Position numbers and translations under genes: made by a program. From NCBI GenBank assembly GCA_030704615.1, contig CM060733.1:68262001-68326000 (forward strand): a stretch of 64,000 nucleotides of DNA, written 5' to 3'. Shown here in pieces: positions 23,501 to 34,853 of the stretch (position 1 is its first letter; each line of letters begins with the position of its first letter). The notes under the pieces were generated by a model that was not told the origin of the DNA, did not search any database, and worked only from the letters and a program-made list of their open reading frames with translations. The DNA is from Takakia lepidozioides. Taxonomy: Eukaryota; Plantae; Bryophyta.

Positions 23501-26500
23501 AGGGACCCAGGTGAGGGCCTCTTATGTTACATGCAAGGCTACAGCACCCAATTCTTCTCAGTTGCCTCATTTCTATGGACCACTACCATAGCCTTCACTC
23601 TTCATCGAACTGTTGTGCGACACAAAGCTGATGTTGAGGGGTTTGGTCCCCTTTTTCATGCATACGTGTGGGGTATGCCCTTGTCTTTCCGTTTCTCTGC
23701 CCTCCTTCCCTGCTGTATCCACAGGGTCCCAGTCACACTCTCTTTGTTGTCCATGCAAGGGTTGCTTCTGAAACTTGTGTACTTTCAGCACTTACAGTAG
23801 CTCCCTGTCTCACTCTCATTTCCCTTGGAATTCAAGACACCTCATTCTTCTACAACTTGACTCCTTTTCAGTGTGTTTACTGTGTTGGGTGTCTTTGCTC
23901 ATAACACAAGCCAAAAGTATGTACATGAGGTGACTATACAACCTCTTCTTGTGTAGTTGAAGAGTACTTGAAGAATGGGGCTGGCAGGGACGTCACTTAT
24001 CATGACCATAATACCATCTATTGGAAATGATTACGGGCCGGCTGGAGCTTGGTGCTGGGTTCAAAGTGAAACCACAGCAGGCAAGGTAGGTTCCACATTT
24101 TCCTGAGAACAGGTGCATTGTGATTGACACTTTTCTTCCTTGTCTGTCTCTCTAGCATTGTTCCTGTCGAGTTGAAGTGAAAATCACACTCTGAAGCAGG
24201 AATCAAAATTATGTCCTAAAATTATAATGATGTGGTATGGAAAGAAAGAAATAAGATTAGTGACGTCTGCAGGGGTCCTGAGTGAGGGCCCATGGGACAA
24301 AGCAGCACAACAAGAAACCCCTTTAAAAAACCACCAAACTTCGCCCAAAGGCAAAGAGAGACCAAGGTGTGTAGGTGGTTTGCTTGTTGTTTATGGATGT
24401 TCATTAACGACATCACTCTGGAGGAGAGGGGCAGTTAATTTGTCCTCTTGAAATGCAGATTTTGTGTTGGTCTTCAGCCTGAAATACATGTTTGTTGTAT
24501 TGGGGTTCCATCACACTGGGCATATAAAAAGGTGGACTATTGTTTTGCAGAAACTCCCTGATAGGGTAGAGGGGTGATGGGGGCAGGTGCTGCGGTTCAT
24601 GACATTCTACATGCCTTTATGGGGGGCCATCCTCTACAATGGTGCAGTTTATTTCCAAGTCATTCGAATGCTCAACTATGCCACTCGTGTATGTTCTCAG
24701 TCGCATGTACAATCCTTCAATTTCCTGGAGAAAATGTAGTGGATGCTTCTACACCAAACTCATGAGTTGAAGTGTCATCATACTTGTCCCCTCATAAATC
24801 GCAGAGGGAGGAGATAAAGTCTCAGAAGGTCTTACAGGAGTGGGTCAGGGAGAGGGGGGATGCCAACAAAAGGCATGGAGTCTGGACTGACCTAGTAATC
24901 AATTTGTAGGTCAACTATGCAGCTCAATTAACAAATTGCCAACACCTCAACCTTTAGGGTCATGAGAGGATCAACATGCAAAGACGGTGCCGGGAGAAAT
25001 CGAATACTGATCAAAAGGTGGGAGTGTTGTTTGTGCAATACAGATGGCTGTGGTCATGTCAGATAGGCAGCGCCAAGTGCAGTCAAAGGCAGATATGAAG
25101 GTAACTCGCACCACTTAATCATAGCAAATTTTGCTTTTAGGGGTCTACACTTCTTGAACTGGAGTGGTGAGGACATCGGCTGAGGAACAAATGTCTAGTA
25201 GAGGGAGACTAAACAGCTGAATAACTCTTATGTCAGGGAAGAGCATTTGTGTGTCATATTTCTTCTTCTCAGGTGCATTATGCACTGCTAAGACATCGAA
25301 TTTACAGGAAATGCGAACTGCAGCGAATTGGAAGGAATGAAAGTAACTTCAGTTTATGAGGAAGCTAAGGCTTAGGTAATTATGTCATATACTGATGTTA
25401 GTTTTAGTGCGCTCACGTAAAAATCTACACTTGTATGGAGTGCACAGACTTCGACATTTTGTTATTTGCAGTTATTTTTGTAACAAAAAATTACCTTTAA
25501 AACAGCTGTGGAACTGCTAGGAGAAAGATTGCTTGCACAATAAAAGCTTACTTTGTATTTGCAGATCAAGAACGAAGTGGTGAGGTTCAAAATACTGTTT
25601 GATGTCTACTGTCTGGGTTGTGTGGCAGGCAATGAACAGATGGGGGTACTACCCACTAATATTGATAGGGTCGTGGACATTTGGTACAATCAACCGCATT
25701 CATGGCTTTGTTGAGCCACACCATCGCCTCTTCTGGCTCTTTTGCCTTGACATTGGCACTGGCCCCCTTATGGTCTGTTCTTTATTGGCATTCCGTCTTC
25801 CTCAAATATGTTTGGCAGTAGAATCACTTGTTTTATTTTCTGTGTCTCTGAAGTTATGGGGAGCAAAATATAACGAGTAAGGTCCCTCTGCATCCTTCAA
25901 GCTTGGTCAAGGATTGAAGGTCGGCAAGTTCCTAGCAATTGCTGGGTAATGAGTGCCTCTATAATATTTTGGTAATGTGGTCTCTTGGTTAGTTAGTCCT
26001 TGTTCCTTTCTTTGACTGTGGACCTTCGTGATCCTCTGGGTGGCAGGGACTCTTTAACTCCATAGCTTATGGCTTCAATGCCTCTGTGCGCCGTGCTCTT
26101 CAAGAAAAATTTGATTTGTAAGCGTTTTGCACCTCCTCTTGTGTGGAAAACTTTTCTGTACACTTACAGAGACCTATTGGTCAGTGAAATGTAACCCTTG
26201 AAAAAAATTAGTAACCCCACAAGGGGAAATGGCCCTCAATAGGCTTTGACAGTCTCGTGTCTTCTTTATTCTGTGGCACCTAGCTTGGCAGTGCACTTGA
26301 GTCATGTCATATCTAAGCAAGGCTATAGATATGGCTGACCTTTCAAGAATGAGGTTAGTACTCTGCCATCAGCACTCAATTCCTGCCACTGCGCTTGAGG
26401 GCATACTCCCCTGTAGGATTTAACCTTCCAATAGCTGGGTATGGAGTTTCTACCCGGGATATGGGAAATCAAATTGCCGAAGTGCTCGTGCACGATTATA

Positions 26501-26763
26501 ATAATGTTTCAACAATTTTCACAGGAAAAAGGTCTGTCAGTTTGTTCTCAATTTATCATGGGCAGGGTCCCATAATAACAGATTTAGGATGAGCAAATCT
26601 GATGCCATTTGTCTTTGCTAGCCATTCTGAAGATCATGCTTTGTATGGGGGATGCAGAATGTGGCCAGAGAAATACCAGTGGTGGCAACCAGGGTTTTCG
26701 AAACTGGATGAACTTACAGTAGATGGGGGGATGTTACGATTGGTCGTTGCAGAAGGACCTTAA
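20541..26763 (+). CDS. GCR1: G-protein-coupled receptor 1 (7TM), 314 aa; exons 20541-20705, 21578-21609, 23503-23672, 23988-24085, 24587-24688, 25044-25100, 25629-25772, 26047-26117, 26658-26763
   Basis: Spliced translation gives FKLVFYLSLSDMLCS, VASFLWTTTIAFTLHRTVV, NRWGYYPLILIGSW and GLFNSIAYGFN. All introns are GT-AG, and the 945 nt are in frame to TAA. Confidence 0.96.
20899..21250 (-). mobile_element. LINE 3'-end fragment in GCR1 intron 1 (antisense)
   Basis: CPGYSHQRDALF..EAEPKAQALLG..FLEDIWKTR with the shared 3' tail. Confidence 0.8.
21941..23215 (-). mobile_element. three head-to-tail LINE 3'-end fragments in GCR1 intron 2 (~21941-22235, 22236-22560, 22565-23215)
   Basis: Repeated CPLC..ED..HF..CP zinc knuckle and closely matching nucleotide blocks (GGGCTTTTGGCTCAGCCTC, TATCCTCTAGAAATC). 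Confidence 0.8.
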
Positions 26764-26966
26764 AACACATGGTTCTTTTTCTTATTGTATGTCTGTTGTA
26801 CAACTTTCCTTATAACATATCAACTGGCATCCAAGGGTGTAGAAAGGGGGGAGCAGTTTTCTCATGAGAACTTGGATGTGAGGTTATGCTTCTAGCTTGT
26901 CTAAGAGAGGAACATGGAAGTATCTGGTATACTACCCAACTTGTGGCCATATAACAACCACTTAGT

Positions 26967-29900
26967 GTTATTATTATTATTTAAAAGAAGTATTGCATTT
27001 ATTCCAAAATTGTGGGGAAAAAAATAAAACCCCTTTTTGCACCATGAGGGCTACACACTGTAGTCAGTGAAGGGTGATCAAATACCTACTGCCAAAGTGC
27101 AGCAGTGTGCTCATAGAGAGAGGACCTCTCGCAGCAACCTAGCCCTGTCCGAGAGACTTCCAAAAAATGTCTAAGCTTGCAGCTGAGATTACCGAGAAGC
27201 TAATCCACAGCTACGCCTAACGGAAATTTAGCCTGGAAGTAGTGGCGGGGTGCTTGACGTGTTTCCAGTTCACGCCTCTCTCAAATTCCGGCAAGGCCGT
27301 GGAGTGGAGCTCTGAGGTCTCTCCAGCGTCGAGGGGGGAGAGCGTTCCAAACACAGTGTTCCTGCTCGTCGCTTTGACAAATGATGCCATGGCAGGCCCA
27401 CGTCGTCCTGAATGTTGCATGGATTGCTGGCGCCTGCCTGGGGGTCCTGTGACAGTCTGCAACACATTTTGCCCAAGCTTTTTTCGACTCTGTTAAAAGG
27501 TCTTTGTACATCATGGCCAACAAAGCGGAGGTACTGATTGTCTCCTTTGCTAAAGGTCTTATTACATCTAGCACGCCATAAGTGCCATAACGTAGATGCG
27601 CGAAGAGTCTCGAAGACCGGACATGGAAAGGATCGGCCCTTGGTTGTTTTGTTGTAATCAAGTAGCAGATCAAGAGGGCCAATGGCCGAGAGACTCCAAT
27701 GTCTGTAGAAGACCTTGATGAAGGGCCAGATTTTGGCTGGAGCTATACAGGTAAGAAGGCAGTGCTCATGAGATTCAATGATACCCGAGGAGCAGCATCG
27801 ACACAGTAGAGCTTCATGGAATTGTAGCCATTCTCCCACTTTTAGGGCTCTGTTCGCTACTTGCCATAAAAACATCGAGATCTTGGCCGGCCTAATTTTT
27901 AGCCAGATAGAAGACCTGATTGCTGACCAGTTCTCATTCAAGAAACCAAAGTGACTCCATTTGCTATTCCACTTAATGGAGAGGGATGGTTGTATGTTAA
28001 GAGCCCTATAAGCCTTCTTGGGGGTGTAGGTAAGAAGGGGTGTTGCAGCGCGGCCAAAAGCCCATTCCCATTCTTCCAGAGGTCTTCCCAGGATCCACAC
28101 AAATGTGGAGGCATTGACCCAGGACAGGACAGGTATGGTAAGAGGTGGTTGGGGATCAAACTCTTTGAACTTAGATGACCAATTGCATATTCTCACCGGG
28201 GTATGATTGAAACGAGGGAAGAGGGTTTGGGATTGCGAAACCAAGATCAGCACTAGAGTTTCGGGGTTGATATGGTAAGCGAACCTTGAGAAGTGGGTGT
28301 CTGTGGCAAAAATCACCAATAGGATGGTGAGTCTGTTGCTTATGACTTCTAATGTCCAGAAGTTCGTGGAGGGGGTCATTGGTCCCGCCTGCAGCGACAG
28401 GGACCAGGTTTGAGGTATAGAATTTATGACCGCCTGCAGCCCGGCCTTGGCTCTGATTGACCCCAGTATAGGGCTAATTGTGTCAATCTGTAGGAAGCCT
28501 GTAGGCGACCACAGGTGTTTTAGTTGACTGATGCCCCTGCTATCCCAGGCAGACCACTTTTTTGCCAGCAATTTTTCAGATGGTGTGGGCACGTTGGTGT
28601 TCAAAAATAGGTGCTGGCGGAGGGTTTCCTCGTAAATTTCTGGCTCTTTTTTGCAGAGAAATGGTCTCAGTGCAACCCAAACTTTCCAGATGACGTTCCA
28701 AAGGGACGATCCCATCTTTTTGTGCTTGAATCCCTGTGTGATCCAGCGAATGGAGGGGTGCCATTTATAGGTCTTAAGGGGACTTGCCATCATCAGATTT
28801 CCTACCACCAAAAACTTCCACCAACCGCCTTCTGGGCCTAAGAATCTTGGCAGCCATTTCCCGAGGAGTGCTGTGATTTGGATCTCCGGGTCCAGAACCC
28901 CCAGTTCTCCCTATTTTTTTGGCTGGCAGATCTGTCTCCAGGAGACCTATGGCCTGACTTTTTGGCCCGCTTTGCTAGCTCCCCAAGCAAAATTTCGCAG
29001 TAAAGCTTTGTATTCACAGATTTGCCTTTTGGAAGGGCGCCAGGATGCTGTGTAGAACCATAGGCCAGCTGAGAGAATCTGGTTGGCCACAAGTGCCCGA
29101 CCTGTGATTGAGAGGACCTTAGAGCCCCAAAAAATGAGGTTTCTTTTGATCTTAGAAAGAATGGGTGCAAATTGTTGTTCATCGGTGATATCAAGCCCAT
29201 AGGTGTATCCTAGCAACATTGTCGTATGGCTAGGTTGCAGCCATGAGAGGCCCCAGGCTTGGCCCCAAAGAGGGCACACGTCCCAGAAGGGATTTTGGAT
29301 GACCAGTTTACACTTGCTGACATCTTAAGCTTCTGCTCCTGTAGGTCTTGGAAGAATTGCAAATTTTGTTTTGCTTCCAGGTAGGTATCGTAAGTTTCTT
29401 GATCACAACGGGGAGATTCCGTTTTTCTCTGACAGACTGAGAGGCACTTGATGAGTGCCCTTACCCTCCTTTTTCTAGTGGCTGCAATCTCTCTACTCAT
29501 CTGCTGACTGGCCGCCCCCACTGCTTTGAGCTTGGTCATGAATTTATCTGAAGGGTTTTGGGAGACAGTGCTAGCCTGAGACCAAGCTGTCCGCAAGCCT
29601 TGTGTGAACTCCGGGATATGTAACAAAGAGGCATTCATTTTGTAAAGACCCTTGCCCCTTGGGCGAGTGTTTGGAATATCCAATGAAGCCTCAATGACGG
29701 CGTGATCAAAGCCGGGGTGGATGGGCTGTTGGGGTAGCCTCCGGGACCATTGGATACAGTCCAAGGAGGTGTAGAATCTGTCCAATCTAGCCATCTGGAA
29801 ATCGACAAGGGCTCTGTTATTTGACCAAGTGAAGACTGGGCCATAGGGGGGCATAGGCCCCCGGTTTGCCACTATTATTTCCACCAAATTGTGGTTGAGG

Positions 29901-32440
29901 GTGAGGGAGTGCCAGTGTTGTGTCTCTGCCACGTCTAGGTTAAACTGACCAAGACCCCGTCTGTCAGTAGGAGACTCAACCATATTGAAGTCCCCTGCCA
30001 GCACCCAGAAATCTATGTCCTGTTTTAGTTCCATATTGGTGTTTATGGATTCCCATAGTTGTGCCCTTCCTGCTGGCGAGTTTGGAGCATAAATATTAAT
30101 TAACCCCAGCCGGCCACCTTTGGTTGGGAGGTCTATGGCACAGTACTGAACTCTGCCTGAGAGCTTCCGAGACAATATATTGAAAGAGGGATGGGAAACC
30201 AAGATGGCGGTGCCTCCTCTGGAACCTTCGGAAGTTGGTTTCCATAGGGAGTTTGCCCGTGGCCAGAGATTGTCTGAGAGAGAAGCGATTTTCCCTAAAT
30301 CAAGTTTGTGTTCTTGTAGGAAGAGAATTGCTTCTTTTCGAAGATAAGGGGCTAGAAAATTCTTAATGCAAGCGTGCTTTGGGGAAGCATTATCCGCCCC
30401 AAGGCCCCTGATGTTCCAAGAAGCCATGTCAATCAACATGGGATGGAAGGCAAGGCTGAGATGATCAATCTCATTTGATGGCCTCTGACTTAGACAATTG
30501 AATTTAACCCGCTTATCATAGAGAAGGCTGTTAACCCAGATGTAGGGGCTGGGAGGTGAGGGAGGTCTTCTCAGAATTTGAACCATGATGAGGTGGGAGA
30601 TGTCCAAATGGGAATTTGGGAGGATCTGATCTGGGTGTGGGGTTGTGGCCAAACAAGAGGGATTTGGGGAAAGTCTTTTGAAAAGGGCTGAGTTACGTGC
30701 TAAGGATGGGAGGGTGATAGAGGTCTGAGGGTGATGTATCTGCAGGCAGGCTGATAGCCGGGAGGGTTTTCCTGGCGGATTGCCTAGCACCAGCAGACGG
30801 GCGGATACATAGAACCCAACATCTCTTCCTATCCTTGGAGTCAGCCTCGAATAGAAAGAATGGCAGGGGCTGGGGGCTTACCTTAGAGAGAGGAGAACCC
30901 GCCTCGTGGGTGGCATTTGGCGGGGGGGCCAGGTGTGGGGAAGCCGTTGGTATGGAGAAAGAGCCAATTGCCGCTTGAACTTCTTGGATGGAAGGGAGCA
31001 GATTGGCTCCCGATTTGGCTTATTTGGCCCAGAGGCTCCTGTCGGGGTGGGGCCTCCTCTTCTCTTGCCAGTGTCTGTACCCCAGGGGAGCCACTTGAGG
31101 AAGATGATTCAGAGGGAATCCCTCTGAGGTGATCTCTTGTTCTCTGCAGATCGTCTTGGTGGTTAATATCCGTCAAGCGTTGGTCCAACAGCTTGGAGAG
31201 GAGGGTAAAGGCATTTGATAGCACATCCTTTGCCCTGATGTGGGCTGGCTGCTTGCCCCATGGTTTCCCCAAACAGTCTTCCCTGATCCACCATGACTTG
31301 CCTGGGGGGGTGTGATAGATGTCTGCATCCTCCATCAGAGCCAACACCTGGGTGTTAGGCCTGCAGTTTAAATATGGGTGTTCTTCCACATACGCCCCCA
31401 AGGTGATAGTCGAGGATGGAGAAATGAGATAGCACGGTAGATGATTGGCAAGGAAATCATATATTTTAGCCATGAGCATGCACTGAGGCTGCTGTTGGGG
31501 GGACACTTTTCAATGAAACTTAACACATCCTGATTGGTGATCCACAGTGATTCCAGATCATGCCTATCTTCAGATGTAATGAGAATTGAGGTTGGGGGGC
31601 CTATTTTGAAGACAATGGGGGTAACACAAGAGGCTTTGGGAGCCTCGTTGGTGGACAATGCTGAGCATCCTAGCATCAACAAAACACCAAAGTTCTCCAT
31701 ACCTGGGATTATGATGTGCAGGTCCTGTATATCCATCTTGATAAGGGGAAAGACATTGCTCATTGCCCGCTGCTCCTCCAGGGGGTCAATGAAAAACTCC
31801 TCTTCTTCTGGCACTGGAGGGGAGAGGCATTGCTCCTGGATGTGCAGGGGCCTTGCCTCACTGATGTGGACTTTCGGGGGCTGATCCGTCAAAGGTGGCG
31901 GGATTTGCTTAGGCCTGTAAATCTGCCTTGTGTTGGCCGATCTTTCTTGGTGGGCCCAATAGAGGCCTCGGCTTGAGTTGGGCTGGGACCCACTAGGCGG
32001 GTGCCTGCTTGACTGACCCGAATGGCGACGAGGCCAGTCTGAGGACTTGGAGCGATGGAACATGGTATTCGGAGCCATGGCACGCAGCACAGAGAGAGGT
32101 GCAGGGGAAGGATCGGGGACTCTGAGAGAGATAGTAACGACTGAACTGTAATCAGCTAGAGAGGAGAAAGCAGATAGGGAATTGAGGTAGCCAGACTGAG
32201 AACTGAGAGCTAGACTAGAAATTGAAGAAGCAGTCTGACTCTACAGGGAGAATTAAGCAGGCAATGCAGGCTCTCTGTTGGTTCTACTGCGGAAATTAAC
32301 AGGGAAGCCGAGTGGAGCTGGAGCCAGGATGAACACAAGGCCACTAACTACCTCGTAGCAAGAGCCTGGGGGAAAGTAGCGCTTAGAGTTAGCTCCAAGT
32401 GGAGTGAAAGAGACAGCTCAAAACGTCATTAATATCAGCC
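26967..32440 (-). mobile_element. L1-clade LINE with 5'UTR, ORF1-like region, APE endonuclease and zf-RVT, but no RT core
   Basis: SWNIRGL, LQE, NIYAP, GDFN, TW, RLDRF and DH (APE). GRALVANQIL, LGVLD and FLWQ..C..C..ESHEHCL (post-RT). AATAAA and an (AAT)n tail at ~26967-27003. The 5' end is approximate. Confidence 0.88.
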
Positions 32441-32619
32441 GGCAGCTGAGAGGGGGGAAGCGAAGTTAAGGTGCTAAGGTGGGGAAACACGCACGAAATG
32501 ATGAATGAGACAGGGCAGGTATAGGATGAACCGATGGGATGTTGAGGTTGTCACAAAAAGATCAGCGAAAAAGGCTTAAATGGATTTAGAAAATCATACA
32601 AACCATGTGTTTAAAGCTT

Positions 32620-33685
32620 GGACTCCATTCACTCCCCGGGAGGCCCTGCTCCAGCTGATGATCAGTTGAGAGAGTCCATACGAGAGAGACCTTCGCGGCT
32701 CATGGTCGCTGCGCCCCGGCACCCCCTCGCCCCCCGCGCCACCTCGCCCCGCGCCATCCCCTCCCGCTCCTCCTCCGCCCCCCCCCCGCCCCTCATCCCC
32801 CTGCCCGCCCGCCCTCTCTGCCCCTTGCCCGCCAGCCGTCACCACAACACATGAATTGTGTTTCACATGACAACTGTCACCACAATCCAGCATTGCTTAC
32901 GGCATTAGCACATGAATCGAATGGATTGGATGAATCATGATTCATGTGCTGCAATCACCCATGATGATGGACAGCCTCACATTACAGGATGTGACACATA
33001 GTCATATATGGCCGTAGGGAGATCGTAATCATCATGCTTGCGTGCTTTTTGCGTCCAGTTTGCACGCACATGGTGGACCTGTCGATTCGAATGTGGCCCC
33101 TCGCTTGTCACTCCCCATGTTGATGCTTGATTGTTTCAATTCATGGCAGCCACAGGACAGGTTCTCCAAGCTTCTGGCCATGTGCAGGGCCCGAAATGTA
33201 TGATCCCGACGGAAGCGGTGTTACAAGCACTTCCTTGCACAGTATGAATCGCGGCTGTTATAAACTGTTGACTGAGCTGTGGCGGTGAAGCGATTACTCA
33301 TTCGACTTTACTATAGGGTTTCTTTTTGGAAAATGTGGAAGTCATTTGTGTGATTTGCAGCCTTTTTCTTCCTCTTGCTTGGCGTTTTTGTCTGCTGAAG
33401 TCCATTTGCGTGCTTCCTGTTTTAGTGTGAGCTGTTGCTTTGACATTCAAGAAGAATACAAAATCATGGTACTAACAGGAGCCAACAACCTACATTTGCA
33501 GGATGGACAAATATCTTCACATCGTACATTAAGAAAAAGCCACACATTGCGATTGCAGGTGTCCCACCATCGTGAAGGATCTTTAAGAAACTCATGCCAG
33601 CTCTGCTCCTTGCTGTAAAATCAGGGCCGAGCGGGAAGAGATTGAAACACGGCCTGCTACGACGAAGCTGACTCTCTCAAGAATG
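32620..33685 (+). pseudogene. degenerate exon-like fragments of an unidentified gene
   Basis: Pieces bounded by plausible splice sites: TPREALLQLMIS*ESPYERDLRGS and DRFSKLLAMCRARNV*SRRKRCYKHFL. 33459-33510 and 33636-33684 match 51064-51110 and 50995-51040. Confidence 0.45.
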
Positions 33686-33944
33686 GTGAGCTCCCAGCCG
33701 AAACCTCCTCGGCACACATACCCTAGCGTTTCTAGGGTTGCTTGCTTCAGATGCGAAGGTTGCTCCAACTGCGGGCGTCCCATACATGTTTTCCCTCCCT
33801 CCCGCTCACTCGCTCTAAGTCCCAGCCCTCTCTCTCTCTCCCTCCCGCTCGCTCTAAGTCTGTTCACGCTACCGTGATGGGCAACTTTTTAAGTTTTTTA
33901 ACCTTTTTGTAAACCCTAAAAGCCATTTTTTGATTTTTTTCCTT

Positions 33945-34145
33945 TTTTTTCTTTTCTTAAAGGAAACCACAAGCCCTTGAGGAGGGGGAGAAATTCACCC
34001 GCCTTCATTTATGGGCCATAAGACCTACAGGATGATCAACGCCCAGACATACCGTCACGAACAATCCCACACACGGGATAAGGGCAGCGGGTTTGAACCC
34101 CAAACCACCAGGGCGACACACTGTGCACTTATCAGCCGATGTGCT
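33945..34145 (-). mobile_element. tRNA-derived SINE
   Basis: B box GGTTCAAACCC (34099-34089), a degenerate A box/D arm ..TAAGTGCAC, and an A-rich tail. Confidence 0.6.
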
Positions 34146-34329
34146 TTTTATTAAATCTTTTTGCACTTTGATTTTTTTTTTTTGTTTTAAAAAAAAAATT
34201 CATTCTAGTGGTCAGAGTCTCCGTTTTTTCAAAATATAAATACTCATATATTTAATATATAACCAGAAAAACATGTGTCGACACGTGCAGTCATGTAGTG
34301 ATTCATCCAGATGATGATCTGGCAAAATG

Positions 34330-34617
34330 CATTAGAGTGAGAGTCATGAAGTCATATGTCTGTCTAGCAATATGCACACGTCATTTCAGTGTAGCCATGA
34401 CCATGACTGGTAGTCATATCTGCCATGCCAATATTCGTGGTCAAATATGTTTGACCTATGTTGCGTAGAGTCCGGAGCAATGCAGTCGCATATACGCCTT
34501 CCCCAGATCTGCATTATGACTTCAAAAGCATTTTACGACTGCAAATGGCATTTCTGCCACAAATCTGTCATGACTGTGCATCCATGGGAGTCATAAAAAC
34601 CGCAATCTGTTGTAGTG
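34330..34617. mobile_element. CACTA-like right terminus
   Basis: Multiple GTCAT/ATGAC subterminal repeats ending ..TGTAGTG at 34617. Confidence 0.55.
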
Positions 34618-34790
34618 AAATGCGGTGCCGCATTTCCAATTCGAAGTATGGAAATGCCATGGGAACGCAACCATTTCCGTTCTGGAGACTAAAATGCGGC
34701 ACCGCATTTCCGTTGCGACCTGCACATCACAGGTGAAGCTACCGGACATAAATGCAAGGGAACAAAGGAAATGCGGTGCCGCATTTCCTA
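34618..34790. repeat. three palindromes GAAATGCGG(T/C)(G/A)CCGCATTTCC
   Basis: Directly visible, and related to the palindromes at 45570-45785. Confidence 0.8.
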
Positions 34791-34853
34791 ACTTGGGCAT
34801 GTACAATTTTTCGTTTCTGCAAAGACACATTTCCCTCGACCTGATGACTCTGA

